DNA of 32,000 nucleotides from Xylanibacter ruminicola 23 (GTDB taxonomy: Bacteria > Bacteroidota > Bacteroidia > Bacteroidales > Bacteroidaceae), in the NCBI RefSeq assembly GCF_000025925.1, contig NC_014033.1, positions 2,130,001-2,162,000 of the forward strand, written 5' to 3'. Both the position numbers and the translations under genes were made by a program. The notes under the pieces were generated by a model that worked only from the letters and a program-made list of their open reading frames with translations, searched no databases and had not been told where the DNA came from. Shown here piece after piece: positions 1-8,820 of the stretch. Numbering within the stretch: position 1 is the first letter of the stretch; every line of letters starts with the position of its first letter.

Positions 1-808
1 TATTACATCCACATGCAGAAGCTTCTAAAAGTGAATTATTTGCCGTATACCGTTTTAACGGCAAAAACAGAACTGAGCAACGTTGATATAAGTCACGAAG
101 CTCATCGTCTGATATCCCTGAAAGACACTGGATGCGAGAATCCTTCGTTAGGCATTCCACTCTTTTAGGCATTGCTACCACAACTATCTTCAGTTCACTA
201 TCCTGCTTGAGCAATTGTTGATAGACTTTGTCTGCAAACTCATAGTCGCGAAGCCAATTGCCAACTGTTAACAGCATTCGCTCTTTCTTAATCATAGAGT
301 CAGGACAATAGAAGTCTGTTCTGATGCCATGTGGGATAAACGTTACAATACCGTTACTGACAAGTTCACGGAAACCGTCAAGTTCGCTTTTCCCCACAAG
401 AACAACTTCATCCATTGATTTCAGTCTCTTTTTCCAAAGGTTATTCTGAAACCATTCCAAGGGCTGATGTAATGTGCATACTATTTTATTACCTTTACGG
501 ATAAAAGGTTTAATGTTGTAATAGATGTTTTCACCGTATATAAAATGAAATGTTACATCGTTTCTTTTTATGCCAAGAATGATACATTTCAAAAGGAACC
601 ATGGTATTACAGGGCGAGATGTAAATTTCCATACAACATGCCTGAATATCCTATCGAAAATATTCTTAGGTTTTCTGCTAACATGTTCAATGAAACTACT
701 ACAGTCTATCTTAACATCATAATCAACATAGTCAGCTATCTGATGATAGCCTGCATGTGTTCCTTTATGATGCTCAAACGGAAATCCTATGTATACTAAT
801 TTTCTCAT
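1..808 (-). CDS. Glycosyltransferase, GT-B/group-1 (GT4-like). Only the N-terminal 269 codons are present; the C-terminus lies beyond the left window edge.
   Basis: It is absent from the ORF track because it is truncated. My own minus-strand translation from the ATG at 808-806 stays open to base 1: MRKLVYIGFPFEHHKGTHAGYHQ...LTVGNWLRDYEF...LFLPLKRYTANNSLLEASACGCN. The ...NSLLEA... block is typical of group-1 glycosyltransferases. The gene lies directly downstream of wzx. Confidence 0.7.
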   Translation of the reverse strand, partial: MRKLVYIGFPFEHHKGTHAGYHQIADYVDYDVKIDCSSFIEHVSRKPKNIFDRIFRHVVWKFTSRPVIPWFLLKCIILGIKRNDVTFHFIYGENIYYNIKPFIRKGNKIVCTLHQPLEWFQNNLWKKRLKSMDEVVLVGKSELDGFRELVSNGIVTFIPHGIRTDFYCPDSMIKKERMLLTVGNWLRDYEFADKVYQQLLKQDSELKIVVVAMPKRVECLTKDSRIQCLSGISDDELRDLYQRCSVLFLPLKRYTANNSLLEASACGCN

Positions 809-827
809 ATATATTTAGTTTTTACCG

Positions 828-1010
828 GTAAACTGTCAATTTTGACGTCCTGGCATGAAAACCACCATTGACTATTTGTCGAAACTGCTTGCGTTCGCAT
901 TGTCCTCATTCTTAAAACGAGACCTCATCGTTTCTTTAGTACGCTTCGCTCGTCGAAGAAAGGTATCATTTTCCCACTTCATACACAAGACGTCAAAATT
1001 GACAGTTTAC
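828..1010. repeat. 183-bp element bounded by perfect 22-bp inverted repeats; MITE-like or invertible-segment-like
   Basis: GTAAACTGTCAATTTTGACGTC at 828-849 and its exact reverse complement at 989-1010. The element fills the spacer between the wzx stop (1012) and the glycosyltransferase start (808). The arm contains the palindrome GTCAAttTTGAC. Confidence 0.85.
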
Positions 1011-1011
1011 A

Positions 1012-2568
1012 TTATTTCTGCGAAAAATTCAGGAATCGCGTCAACTTACTAGTAATATTTCTTCTTAAATATAACAAAACTGTCTTTCTTTCGATTGTAT
1101 TGAGGCCGATTATATATATAGCAAGAATGCTAGTAAAAAAACATGCAACACAATTGATCACTAACCTTGTAATACTTTCCCCTACCATATAACGTATAGA
1201 TATTGGGATAATAGCTACAACGCCTGTTGTAAAAAAACATCTTATAACAACGTCAATGATGTACTCCTTAAAAGGAAATCCCGTTTTATCATTAACAACA
1301 TAAAACCTCACAAATATTAGAGAAAATGATATGACAAAAGCAATAACAAAGCAGGTTATCGCCGGCATTCCATGATAAAATGCGAACCATGATAGTGGGA
1401 ACAACAAACTGTTTACCGCAGACGTTATTATTTGGTATTTTTTTATATCCCCATGTGCCATCTGTATATAGTACAAAATATTGGATATCACAGTTGTTAA
1501 ACTTGCTGCTATAGTCCAGCGTACGAACGGCACAGATTGATCAGGTGGGTTTTTTAGCCATATTTTCAAAATTATATCCGTTTCTGCCATAATCGGAAAC
1601 GCGAGTACAAATGTTAAAAAAAAAGCAAATTTAGAACTCATGCATGTTAGATTGAATGATGAATTTATTTCTCCAGAGGCGTATGACTTCGTTATCTGAG
1701 GTTGTGCCGCCATCACAAAGTTCGTAACAAATTGTTGTATTACGTTATTCACTTGCACCGCTATACCGCGTGCAGCGTTCACGGCAACTCCGAAATATAC
1801 ATTGATGAGTAGATTAATTCCTTGATTATTAATATATACCATACCGTTTCCCATAAAATTCCATCCTACGAAAGATAACATTTCTTTTAAAAGTGGTATA
1901 TCTATCGAAAACTGGTATTTGCATTCATCAAAATGCTTAGTACAATAATGTCCATATACTATACGAACTAACAAGGCTACAATTAGAAGAAGAACAGAAT
2001 ATGTTTTTAATTTATCGAAAGGTGATATGTATAAAGAGTATGTGATAAGTAATCTTAATAATGCTTCTAATATCGAAATGTAAGCGAATGCGGACATCTT
2101 TTCATGCGCTATTATTAACGAATTATACGGAACACTTATTAGTCCAATAATAGAAGCAATAATGGAGCAATGTAAAACCCAGAATGCCGCATTTATTCTG
2201 GCAGGATCTACATTCATCTTATAGTTTAAAAACCAATATCCTATTAATTCCGCAAGTATTAGAACTAATATTGACATTCCCATTTGAGCATTAACACTAA
2301 TAGAAAACAAGTTTTTAAGTCGATTTAAATCACAACTTCCTATTGAGACTTGGAAAAACCTGCTTATCGCATTTGCTAACGAGCCCGATAGAATTGAAAA
2401 CATAACAACAAAACCACTGACCACGTTATATATTCCGAAATCCTCCACCCCAAGTACTTGTAAAATAATTCTACTCGTAAACAAGCCAATAAACATCAAC
2501 AGGAACATCCTAAAGTATAGCAAAAGGGTGTTTTTGGCTAATCTCCTAGTGTTAGAATTTTCACCCAT
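1012..2568 (-). CDS. wzx: Wzx-type oligosaccharide/polysaccharide flippase (MOP superfamily)
   Basis: 518 aa and hydrophobic throughout, with many TM helices. The N-terminus NTRRLAKNTLLLYFRMFLLMFIGLFTSRIILQVLGVEDFGIYNVV is typical of the polysaccharide biosynthesis flippase family. It sits in a glycan-locus context. Confidence 0.8.
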   Translation of the reverse strand: MGENSNTRRLAKNTLLLYFRMFLLMFIGLFTSRIILQVLGVEDFGIYNVVSGFVVMFSILSGSLANAISRFFQVSIGSCDLNRLKNLFSISVNAQMGMSILVLILAELIGYWFLNYKMNVDPARINAAFWVLHCSIIASIIGLISVPYNSLIIAHEKMSAFAYISILEALLRLLITYSLYISPFDKLKTYSVLLLIVALLVRIVYGHYCTKHFDECKYQFSIDIPLLKEMLSFVGWNFMGNGMVYINNQGINLLINVYFGVAVNAARGIAVQVNNVIQQFVTNFVMAAQPQITKSYASGEINSSFNLTCMSSKFAFFLTFVLAFPIMAETDIILKIWLKNPPDQSVPFVRWTIAASLTTVISNILYYIQMAHGDIKKYQIITSAVNSLLFPLSWFAFYHGMPAITCFVIAFVISFSLIFVRFYVVNDKTGFPFKEYIIDVVIRCFFTTGVVAIIPISIRYMVGESITRLVINCVACFFTSILAIYIIGLNTIERKTVLLYLRRNITSKLTRFLNFSQK

Positions 2569-2569
2569 A

Positions 2570-3850
2570 TCAATTTAATTGTAGGCTGTCCTTGATATTA
2601 TTGACAATATTTCTCGAAGCTGAATATCCATTTTCTGGTTTAATATACTTATTTAGAACCGCTTCACGAATTGTCATCATATCGTCTTTACCATCACAAA
2701 CAATATCTTGTAAAAATTTCTCTATATCCACTTTTTTATAAGCATGATAGTGGGCATTATAGGCATCGGTGCCATCTTCCGCTGTTTCCACATTTAATTT
2801 TCCTGAAAAAGCGATATATAGACAAGGCTTTTTAGTAAACATATAGTCAAGTAAAAAAGAACCGCAATCGTGTATTAAAGCATCTGAACTTTTAAAAATT
2901 TCATACGCATTCCCTTCATTTATAGAAGTGTTTGGCATTGACCTCCAACGATTATAATAATCATCGGCTTTTTGTTGCCCCCATTCTTGACATAAAGCAG
3001 GGTATAAATGAGGATGGGGTTTGAATACAAATTCTATCTCTTTCTCATATTTTTTAACCAAATCGATCATATATTCGTATATATCAAGAAAACAAGACAA
3101 ATGAAGCCACCCTTTAGAAGCTATTGAATGGTGAGGCGCCCATATTACATGTTTTTTGTTTGAGCTTTTCCAGTGATATTCTTTGCATTTGCAATATGAA
3201 TCATACCCTGTATATCCCAAGTAATACAAATTGTTATAACTTGGATTGAACTCTTTAGCAACCCTAACAGAAACTGAAGTTGGCATAAAATTTTTCCATG
3301 CAATTAAATTAAGTACAGATAAATAATTATGCTTAGTATAAGAAATCAAGTACCCATATGGAGTATAGCACAATAGAGAATCCTTGAGTTTGTCATAATA
3401 GTACTCCTTGCAGCATATCCTTGTATATGGTTGTGAGTAGAAGGCGATGTCAATATTGTATATTGAAACATCTTGACCTATGTTCAAATATTTATTTTTT
3501 AGTTTAACATAAGGGAATCTATTATCCTTACAATACATTTCCATAGCAGACACTTCATTTAGAAGATTTTTTATATTACCCTTTCGTGGTGCTATAAAGA
3601 AAATAGGATTAAAATATGGGTCTTCTTGCATAATTCGAAATACCTCTTCATATTTAAACATAGGTACGGACATACAGAAGAATGCCACATTAATTTGTTT
3701 TTTATGACGAATCCTTTCATATACTCTAGATAAATCTCTCTTTTCAAAAAGAGTTATGACAGCTTCGTCAGAAGGATATTCTTCTCTATTGCAGAAGGAA
3801 TTCAATTTATTAACAAGTTTGTTAACAATCTTATAGGCAAGCGATTTCAT
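2570..3850 (-). CDS. CDP-glycerol glycerophosphotransferase (TagB/TagF family)
   Basis: The blocks VIWAPHHS, FVFKPHPHL and SDALIHDCGSFLLDYMFTKKPCLYI match the conserved TagB/TagF layout. The gene is adjacent to a gene that makes CDP-glycerol. Confidence 0.7.
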   Translation of the reverse strand: MKSLAYKIVNKLVNKLNSFCNREEYPSDEAVITLFEKRDLSRVYERIRHKKQINVAFFCMSVPMFKYEEVFRIMQEDPYFNPIFFIAPRKGNIKNLLNEVSAMEMYCKDNRFPYVKLKNKYLNIGQDVSIYNIDIAFYSQPYTRICCKEYYYDKLKDSLLCYTPYGYLISYTKHNYLSVLNLIAWKNFMPTSVSVRVAKEFNPSYNNLYYLGYTGYDSYCKCKEYHWKSSNKKHVIWAPHHSIASKGWLHLSCFLDIYEYMIDLVKKYEKEIEFVFKPHPHLYPALCQEWGQQKADDYYNRWRSMPNTSINEGNAYEIFKSSDALIHDCGSFLLDYMFTKKPCLYIAFSGKLNVETAEDGTDAYNAHYHAYKKVDIEKFLQDIVCDGKDDMMTIREAVLNKYIKPENGYSASRNIVNNIKDSLQLN

Positions 3851-3858
3851 ATAAATAT

Positions 3859-5196
3859 CTACATTTGTTTAATCTGTTCTTTAAGCCAAGAAGAACTTAT
3901 ACCCTCCGTTCGCCCAAGAACTACATGTTCCTTTCCGTGATTTTTACACCATTTGATTGCATCCTGGAAGCCTGAGTGTATCTGGTCTGGTCCCGTAACA
4001 AAAATATCAAAATCTGCGACTTTTACAATTTCATCGACGCCTTCGTATGTAATAACGTCATCTACAAACCTAATCGATTTTACCATATACATACGTTCTT
4101 CTGTCGAATACACAAGCTTCGCTTGCGGCTTATACTTCAGAACCACTTCCGATTTTTGTACAGCAACCGTCAATGAATCACCCAGTGCTTGTGCTCTCTT
4201 AAACAAATTAACATGACCTATATGAATCATGTCATAAACGCCAACAGTTAATACTTTTTTGCCACTTTTTTTTGTAATTTCAGAATCCATCAGGATTCTA
4301 TTTTTTTTATTACTATTCATATTTAATTTATCTGTTGTTATTAAATCAACTCCTTGACAGAACATCTTGTCTGCTTCACTTTTTTCATTAATTGTAGCAC
4401 ATTTCATTATGAACCCTAGAGATTTTCCATACTCAATAATAGCTTTATAGTCTTTATCAACAAAACCAGGAAACCACTCTGAGGAAATAATTAAAGAGGC
4501 TACTTTCTTTTTCTTTTTTAATTCATCTAATTTAGCAAAACTCCATGTATGGTCTATCTGATAGATAAGACTGTTATCAATCGATGATATAGAATAGAAA
4601 TCAGAAGGTGACACTTCCCAAATAACCATATTGAGCATTTGGTATCTTTTCACCAGCTCATAAAGAATTTTATATTTTCGTCTACCAAGAAACTTCTTCT
4701 CAAGATCTAGTTCTATACATATTGAGTTCTCTTTACACAACGATAACAATTCTTCGAGTGTTGTTACTTTAATCGTCCTTTTATCTGTTATGCTAAAATT
4801 ATATTTTATAATTTCTGAAAAATCTATAGAATCGATCTTAATATTAACAGAATTACCAAAGTCATCTTTAGCAAAATTGAGAAGATTATCATCATGACAT
4901 AATACTGGCACATTGTCTTTTGTAAACATTACATCACATTCAACAATTTTAAAACCTTCATTTATTAAATAGTCATATAAAGACAGAGAATTATTTGGGT
5001 ACTCACAACTCTCAAATCTTCCATGTGCAACGTACTGTTTCTTATAAAAAATATCTGATGGTGTTCCGCCATTACTTAGAGGTGGACATACTTTAGATAT
5101 AAAAAGAGATGTTACTTTATGAAGAGTAAATGTAAATCTTTTAGACAACCATAAAAAGATTATATACATTTCTTTTAAAGATTTCCTTATTATCAT
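3859..5196 (-). CDS. Fusion protein: N-terminal glycerophosphodiester phosphodiesterase (GDPD) domain plus C-terminal glycerol-3-phosphate cytidylyltransferase (TagD-like)
   Basis: The N half has YVAHGRFE...IVECDVMFTKDNVPVLCHDDNL (GDPD motifs). The C half has KKVLTVGVYDMIHIGHVNLFKRAQALGDSLTVAV (HxGH nucleotidyltransferase motif) followed by ...RTEGISSSWLKEQI. Confidence 0.75.
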   Translation of the reverse strand: MIIRKSLKEMYIIFLWLSKRFTFTLHKVTSLFISKVCPPLSNGGTPSDIFYKKQYVAHGRFESCEYPNNSLSLYDYLINEGFKIVECDVMFTKDNVPVLCHDDNLLNFAKDDFGNSVNIKIDSIDFSEIIKYNFSITDKRTIKVTTLEELLSLCKENSICIELDLEKKFLGRRKYKILYELVKRYQMLNMVIWEVSPSDFYSISSIDNSLIYQIDHTWSFAKLDELKKKKKVASLIISSEWFPGFVDKDYKAIIEYGKSLGFIMKCATINEKSEADKMFCQGVDLITTDKLNMNSNKKNRILMDSEITKKSGKKVLTVGVYDMIHIGHVNLFKRAQALGDSLTVAVQKSEVVLKYKPQAKLVYSTEERMYMVKSIRFVDDVITYEGVDEIVKVADFDIFVTGPDQIHSGFQDAIKWCKNHGKEHVVLGRTEGISSSWLKEQIKQM

Positions 5197-5338
5197 AAGA
5201 AGACAACTATATTAGACAAACTCTAGCTATACATTAAAATTCTAAACGGCGGATCATAATCTTTGCTGATTAACATCCTGACAGCCATTCTGACCGCTCT
5301 CGGCACAAATTCGTGCATCAGTGAATTCATTAATTCAT

Positions 5339-5377
5339 GTAAACTGTCAATTTTGACGTCCAGACTTGAAAACCACC
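5339..5377. repeat. Third copy of the 22-bp arm plus a 17-bp extension. It is direct relative to 828-866 and inverted relative to 989-1010.
   Basis: GTAAACTGTCAATTTTGACGTCcagactTGAAAACCACC versus 828-866 GTAAACTGTCAATTTTGACGTCctggcaTGAAAACCACC (3 mismatches in 39). Confidence 0.85.
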
Positions 5378-5581
5378 TCCAAAGATGGAAGAGTAACTTG
5401 ATGTAAGAAGGAAGATGTAAGACGTAAGAGACTATTGATGGAAGAAGGAAGAGGGAACTGATGACCGTAGGGAATCTGTGTCTGAAGCGTTATTGTTCAA
5501 CCTCAAATTGAGGTTTTGCTAAATTATACTCAAAGTTTAATCCTTGACCAAATAGGTCTTTCAACCATACAACATATTCAT

Positions 5582-6244
5582 TTATTGCATTGGAACAGGC
5601 TCTTTATGGATCAACGGCTCTTTTACAAGGCTCAAAGCCTTCGTTTTAAGTTCCATTGTTTGTTGCATGTAATAAGAGTTGTGTATATCATTTTTGTCAG
5701 CTTCTTCAACACAATTTTGCGATTGCCTTAAAGTAATTGCTGCATTGTGAGCCACTGTTACTATCTCGGCAACCAACAAGGAACAGTTATCTACCAAATT
5801 TGATATTACATTTTCTTTTTCAAAGCCCTCATACTCTGCAAAGAGTATATGGAACTCATGCGTCATTTCCAGAATAGTATCATTAGTCCTATCAATCAAA
5901 GCATAAAGTGCTTTGTATTCAGACGCGCTATGCGCATAGAGTTGTAAGCTATTTTGCCCGTTTGATATCTTCTCTGCATAGTAGAGAAGGTTAAATAGGT
6001 GGCGCTTACGCTCCACTATATAGTCTTTCTTACGTTTTGTAGTAAAAGATATTTCGTTCTTTACTGTCTCAATTTGCTTTGTTATATCCTCTTTTGTGGC
6101 ATAGTTCTTACCTTTTTCGGCTTCGTAAGCCATTTTTCGTTCTGTGGACAAATCTGCCATACGCTTAGCATGGCGCTCTAAAAATACACATAGAACACCT
6201 ATGCAAAGGGTTACAATAAGAGATATAATTTCTAAAATTGTCAT
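5582..6244 (-). CDS. Hypothetical membrane-anchored, all-helical protein with no recognisable family
   Basis: 220 aa, with one N-terminal TM helix (ILEIISLIVTLCIGVLCVFL) followed by charged helical sequence. The gene is AT-rich and sits between ugd and the glycerol-phosphate genes. Confidence 0.55.
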   Translation of the reverse strand: MTILEIISLIVTLCIGVLCVFLERHAKRMADLSTERKMAYEAEKGKNYATKEDITKQIETVKNEISFTTKRKKDYIVERKRHLFNLLYYAEKISNGQNSLQLYAHSASEYKALYALIDRTNDTILEMTHEFHILFAEYEGFEKENVISNLVDNCSLLVAEIVTVAHNAAITLRQSQNCVEEADKNDIHNSYYMQQTMELKTKALSLVKEPLIHKEPVPMQ

Positions 6245-6332
6245 GCTATCACCGATAAACTATCTTATCTCTTCATAGTAGTGATAAACACGGCTTTTTA
6301 TAATCTGAATGTGCCAGCAAGGCTCTTTTAGA

Positions 6333-7646
6333 TTACTTCTCGCCTATCCTAGTATAGACAAACCCCAGTTCCTCCAGTTCCTGACGATCGTAGATATTAC
6401 GACCATCAACAACTACATTGCCAGTCATTACTTTCTTGATGACATTCCACGAAGGCATGCGGAACTGGCGCCACTCGGTCATCAGGGCAAACACATCAGC
6501 ACCATCGGCAGCATCGTACATATTAGTACAATAAGTAACTACATCACCAATGCGGCGTTTACATTCGTCCATCGCAATGGGGTCGAATACTCTAACCGTT
6601 GCACCATCTCTCAGCAGTTTATCAATAACCACCAAAGCAGGTGCCTCGCGCATATCGTCGGTTTCGGGCTTAAAGGCTAAACCAAGGATAGCTATCGTTT
6701 TACCTTGAACTTCACCTACTGCCTTGATAATCTTATCATATACTATCGATTTCTGCTTTTCGTTAACACGTTCTACAGCCTCGATCACCTCCATGTGGTA
6801 GCCATTATCCATACCGGTATGTACCAAAGCCTTAACATCCTTTGGGAAACAGCTGCCGCCATAGCCACAACCAGCATAAAGGAACTTGGAACCAATACGA
6901 GAGTCGGTACCGATGCCCTTACGAACACTATCCACATTGGCGCCAACACGCTCACAAAGGTTGGCAATATCGTTCATAAAGCTGATTCGTGTAGCCAACA
7001 TGGCATTGGCTGCATACTTGGTCATCTCGGCTGATGGTATATCCATAAAGATAACACGGAAGTTATTAATGAGGAATGGCTTATAAAGGCGAGTCATCAC
7101 CTCCTTGGCCTTCTCGCTCTCGGTACCTACTACCACGCGATCGGGACTCATAAAATCCTTAATAGCTGCACCCTCTTTTAAGAACTCGGGGTTGCTGGCT
7201 ACATCGAAGGGGACATTGACTCCTCGTTTATCCAACTCTTCCTGAATGACAGCCTTAACCTTCTTAGCGGTACCAACAGGTACGGTTGACTTGGTGACCA
7301 GAATGGTATACTTATTGATATTCTGACCAAACTGACGGGCTACAGCCAGTACATATTTCAGATCGGCTGAGCCATCCTCATCAGGAGGTGTACCAACAGC
7401 CGAGAATACTACTTCTACATCGTCGAGCACCTCGGTAAGGTCGGTAGTAAACTTAAGGCGTTCGAAACCCACATTACGTTTAACGAGTTCTTCGAGTCCA
7501 GGCTCATAGATAGGCATAATGCCATCCTTAAGCTTCTGTATCTTCTGCGCATCAACATCCACACAAGTAACATGTGCGCCCATCTCAGCAAAACAAGTTC
7601 CCGTTACCAGGCCCACATAGCCTGTTCCTACTATTGCAATATTCAT
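6333..7646 (-). CDS. ugd: UDP-glucose 6-dehydrogenase
   Basis: MNIAIVGTGYVGLVTG Rossmann motif and the catalytic CGYGGSCFPKDVKAL motif; 437 aa. Confidence 0.93.
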   Translation of the reverse strand: MNIAIVGTGYVGLVTGTCFAEMGAHVTCVDVDAQKIQKLKDGIMPIYEPGLEELVKRNVGFERLKFTTDLTEVLDDVEVVFSAVGTPPDEDGSADLKYVLAVARQFGQNINKYTILVTKSTVPVGTAKKVKAVIQEELDKRGVNVPFDVASNPEFLKEGAAIKDFMSPDRVVVGTESEKAKEVMTRLYKPFLINNFRVIFMDIPSAEMTKYAANAMLATRISFMNDIANLCERVGANVDSVRKGIGTDSRIGSKFLYAGCGYGGSCFPKDVKALVHTGMDNGYHMEVIEAVERVNEKQKSIVYDKIIKAVGEVQGKTIAILGLAFKPETDDMREAPALVVIDKLLRDGATVRVFDPIAMDECKRRIGDVVTYCTNMYDAADGADVFALMTEWRQFRMPSWNVIKKVMTGNVVVDGRNIYDRQELEELGFVYTRIGEK

Positions 7647-7718
7647 GATTAAACTTTGTTTTTATTTCAATTTATTGTTATTGGTGCCTCTTTACGCTTT
7701 TATATTCTCAATTTGATT

Positions 7719-8747
7719 TTATTCTGCAGAAAACTCTCTGATTCTTTGTTCCTCACTACGTTTGCAAAGGAGTATCTGGCCATTCTTCTCGCTGAAGATA
7801 TAGCCATCAAGTCCTTGGAGCACCACTTTCTTGGCATCTTCGGCATGAACTACACAATTATTGCACTCGTATAGCTTTACATTGCCAACTGCTCCGTTGT
7901 TATTATCATCCTTCTGCAGTTTATCATGCAATGAGGCCCAGTTGCCAAGGTCGCTCCAGCCGAAATCTGCAGGATGGGTATATACCAATTCATCGGCAGC
8001 AGCAGGTTCCATTACTGCAAAGTCGATAGAGATCTTTTCGCACTGTGGAAATATGTTTGCGACATCGCCTGTAGTTGTAATTATTTCCATGTCGGCAGCA
8101 ATGTTAGGCTTATATTTGGTAATACAATTGGTAATGGTTTCGATATTCCATACAAAGATGCCTGCATTCCAAAGAAAATTGCCTGCCTGCAAATATTTCT
8201 CGGCTGTATCATGGTCTGGCTTTTCTTTAAAAGCATTCACAACACAGATTTCGTTGTCAACGACCGCAGAAGTTTCAACATAGCCATAGCCTGTTTCGGG
8301 TCGTGAGGGCTTGATGCCAATAGTTACGATGGCATTCTTCTTGGCAGTGAATGCCAAAGCATTTGTTATTACACGTCGGAACTCCTCTGGATTCATTACC
8401 ACTGCATCGGCTGGGGTTACAACCACATTAGCTGTAGGATCTACCTGTTTAATGCTCCAACAAGCCCACGCAATGCAAGGGGCGGTATTACGAGCTGCCG
8501 GCTCTGCCAAAATATGATCAGCAGGAATATCGGGCAGTTGCTGTTTAACGATATCAACGTATTTGGCATTTGTTACCACCCAGAAGTTCTGCATAGAGCA
8601 GATGCCTTTGAATCGGTCAACCGTTAATTGAATAAGGGTGCGACCACAACCAAGTATATCAATAAACTGCTTGGGCAGCTCTGGTGTACTCAAAGGCCAA
8701 AAGCGACTACCAACGCCACCAGCCATGATTACGATGTGAGTATTCAT
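7719..8747 (-). CDS. manC: Mannose-1-phosphate guanylyltransferase (short form, no PMI/cupin domain)
   Basis: IMAGGVGSRFWPLS nucleotidyltransferase signature and FAVMEPA...DLGNW blocks; 342 aa. Confidence 0.85.
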   Translation of the reverse strand: MNTHIVIMAGGVGSRFWPLSTPELPKQFIDILGCGRTLIQLTVDRFKGICSMQNFWVVTNAKYVDIVKQQLPDIPADHILAEPAARNTAPCIAWACWSIKQVDPTANVVVTPADAVVMNPEEFRRVITNALAFTAKKNAIVTIGIKPSRPETGYGYVETSAVVDNEICVVNAFKEKPDHDTAEKYLQAGNFLWNAGIFVWNIETITNCITKYKPNIAADMEIITTTGDVANIFPQCEKISIDFAVMEPAAADELVYTHPADFGWSDLGNWASLHDKLQKDDNNNGAVGNVKLYECNNCVVHAEDAKKVVLQGLDGYIFSEKNGQILLCKRSEEQRIREFSAE

Positions 8748-8774
8748 TATATAATTTTATTTTTATTGTTCCAT

Positions 8775-8800
8775 CTGTCATAGGGACAGGTGTATGACAT
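8775..8800. repeat. Degenerate copy of the GGGACAGG palindrome (REP-like) family
   Basis: CTGTCATAGGGACAGGTGTATGACAT, compared with the consensus CTGnCAgGGGACAGGTnCCTGnCA seen at five other loci. Confidence 0.4.
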
Positions 8801-8820
8801 ATTTGTAGTTATAGTGCTTA

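Noticed and set aside
545-1052. Track ORFs 545..799(+) and 855..1052(+)
   Set aside because: The first is antisense to the much longer open glycosyltransferase frame (1-808, minus strand). The second lies inside the inverted-repeat-bounded 183-bp element and overlaps the wzx 3' end. Both have odd composition and no motifs.
3953-4216. Plus-strand ORFs 3953..4216 and 3976..4176
   Set aside because: They are shadow ORFs antisense to the well-supported cytidylyltransferase domain.
6309-8517. Plus-strand ORFs overlapping ugd and manC (6309..6680, 6705..7034, 6886..7086, 7656..7874, 7861..8283, 7974..8306, 8311..8517), plus 6785..6967(-)
   Set aside because: All are antisense to, or out of frame within, two genes with unmistakable enzyme motifs. 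These are typical shadow frames.
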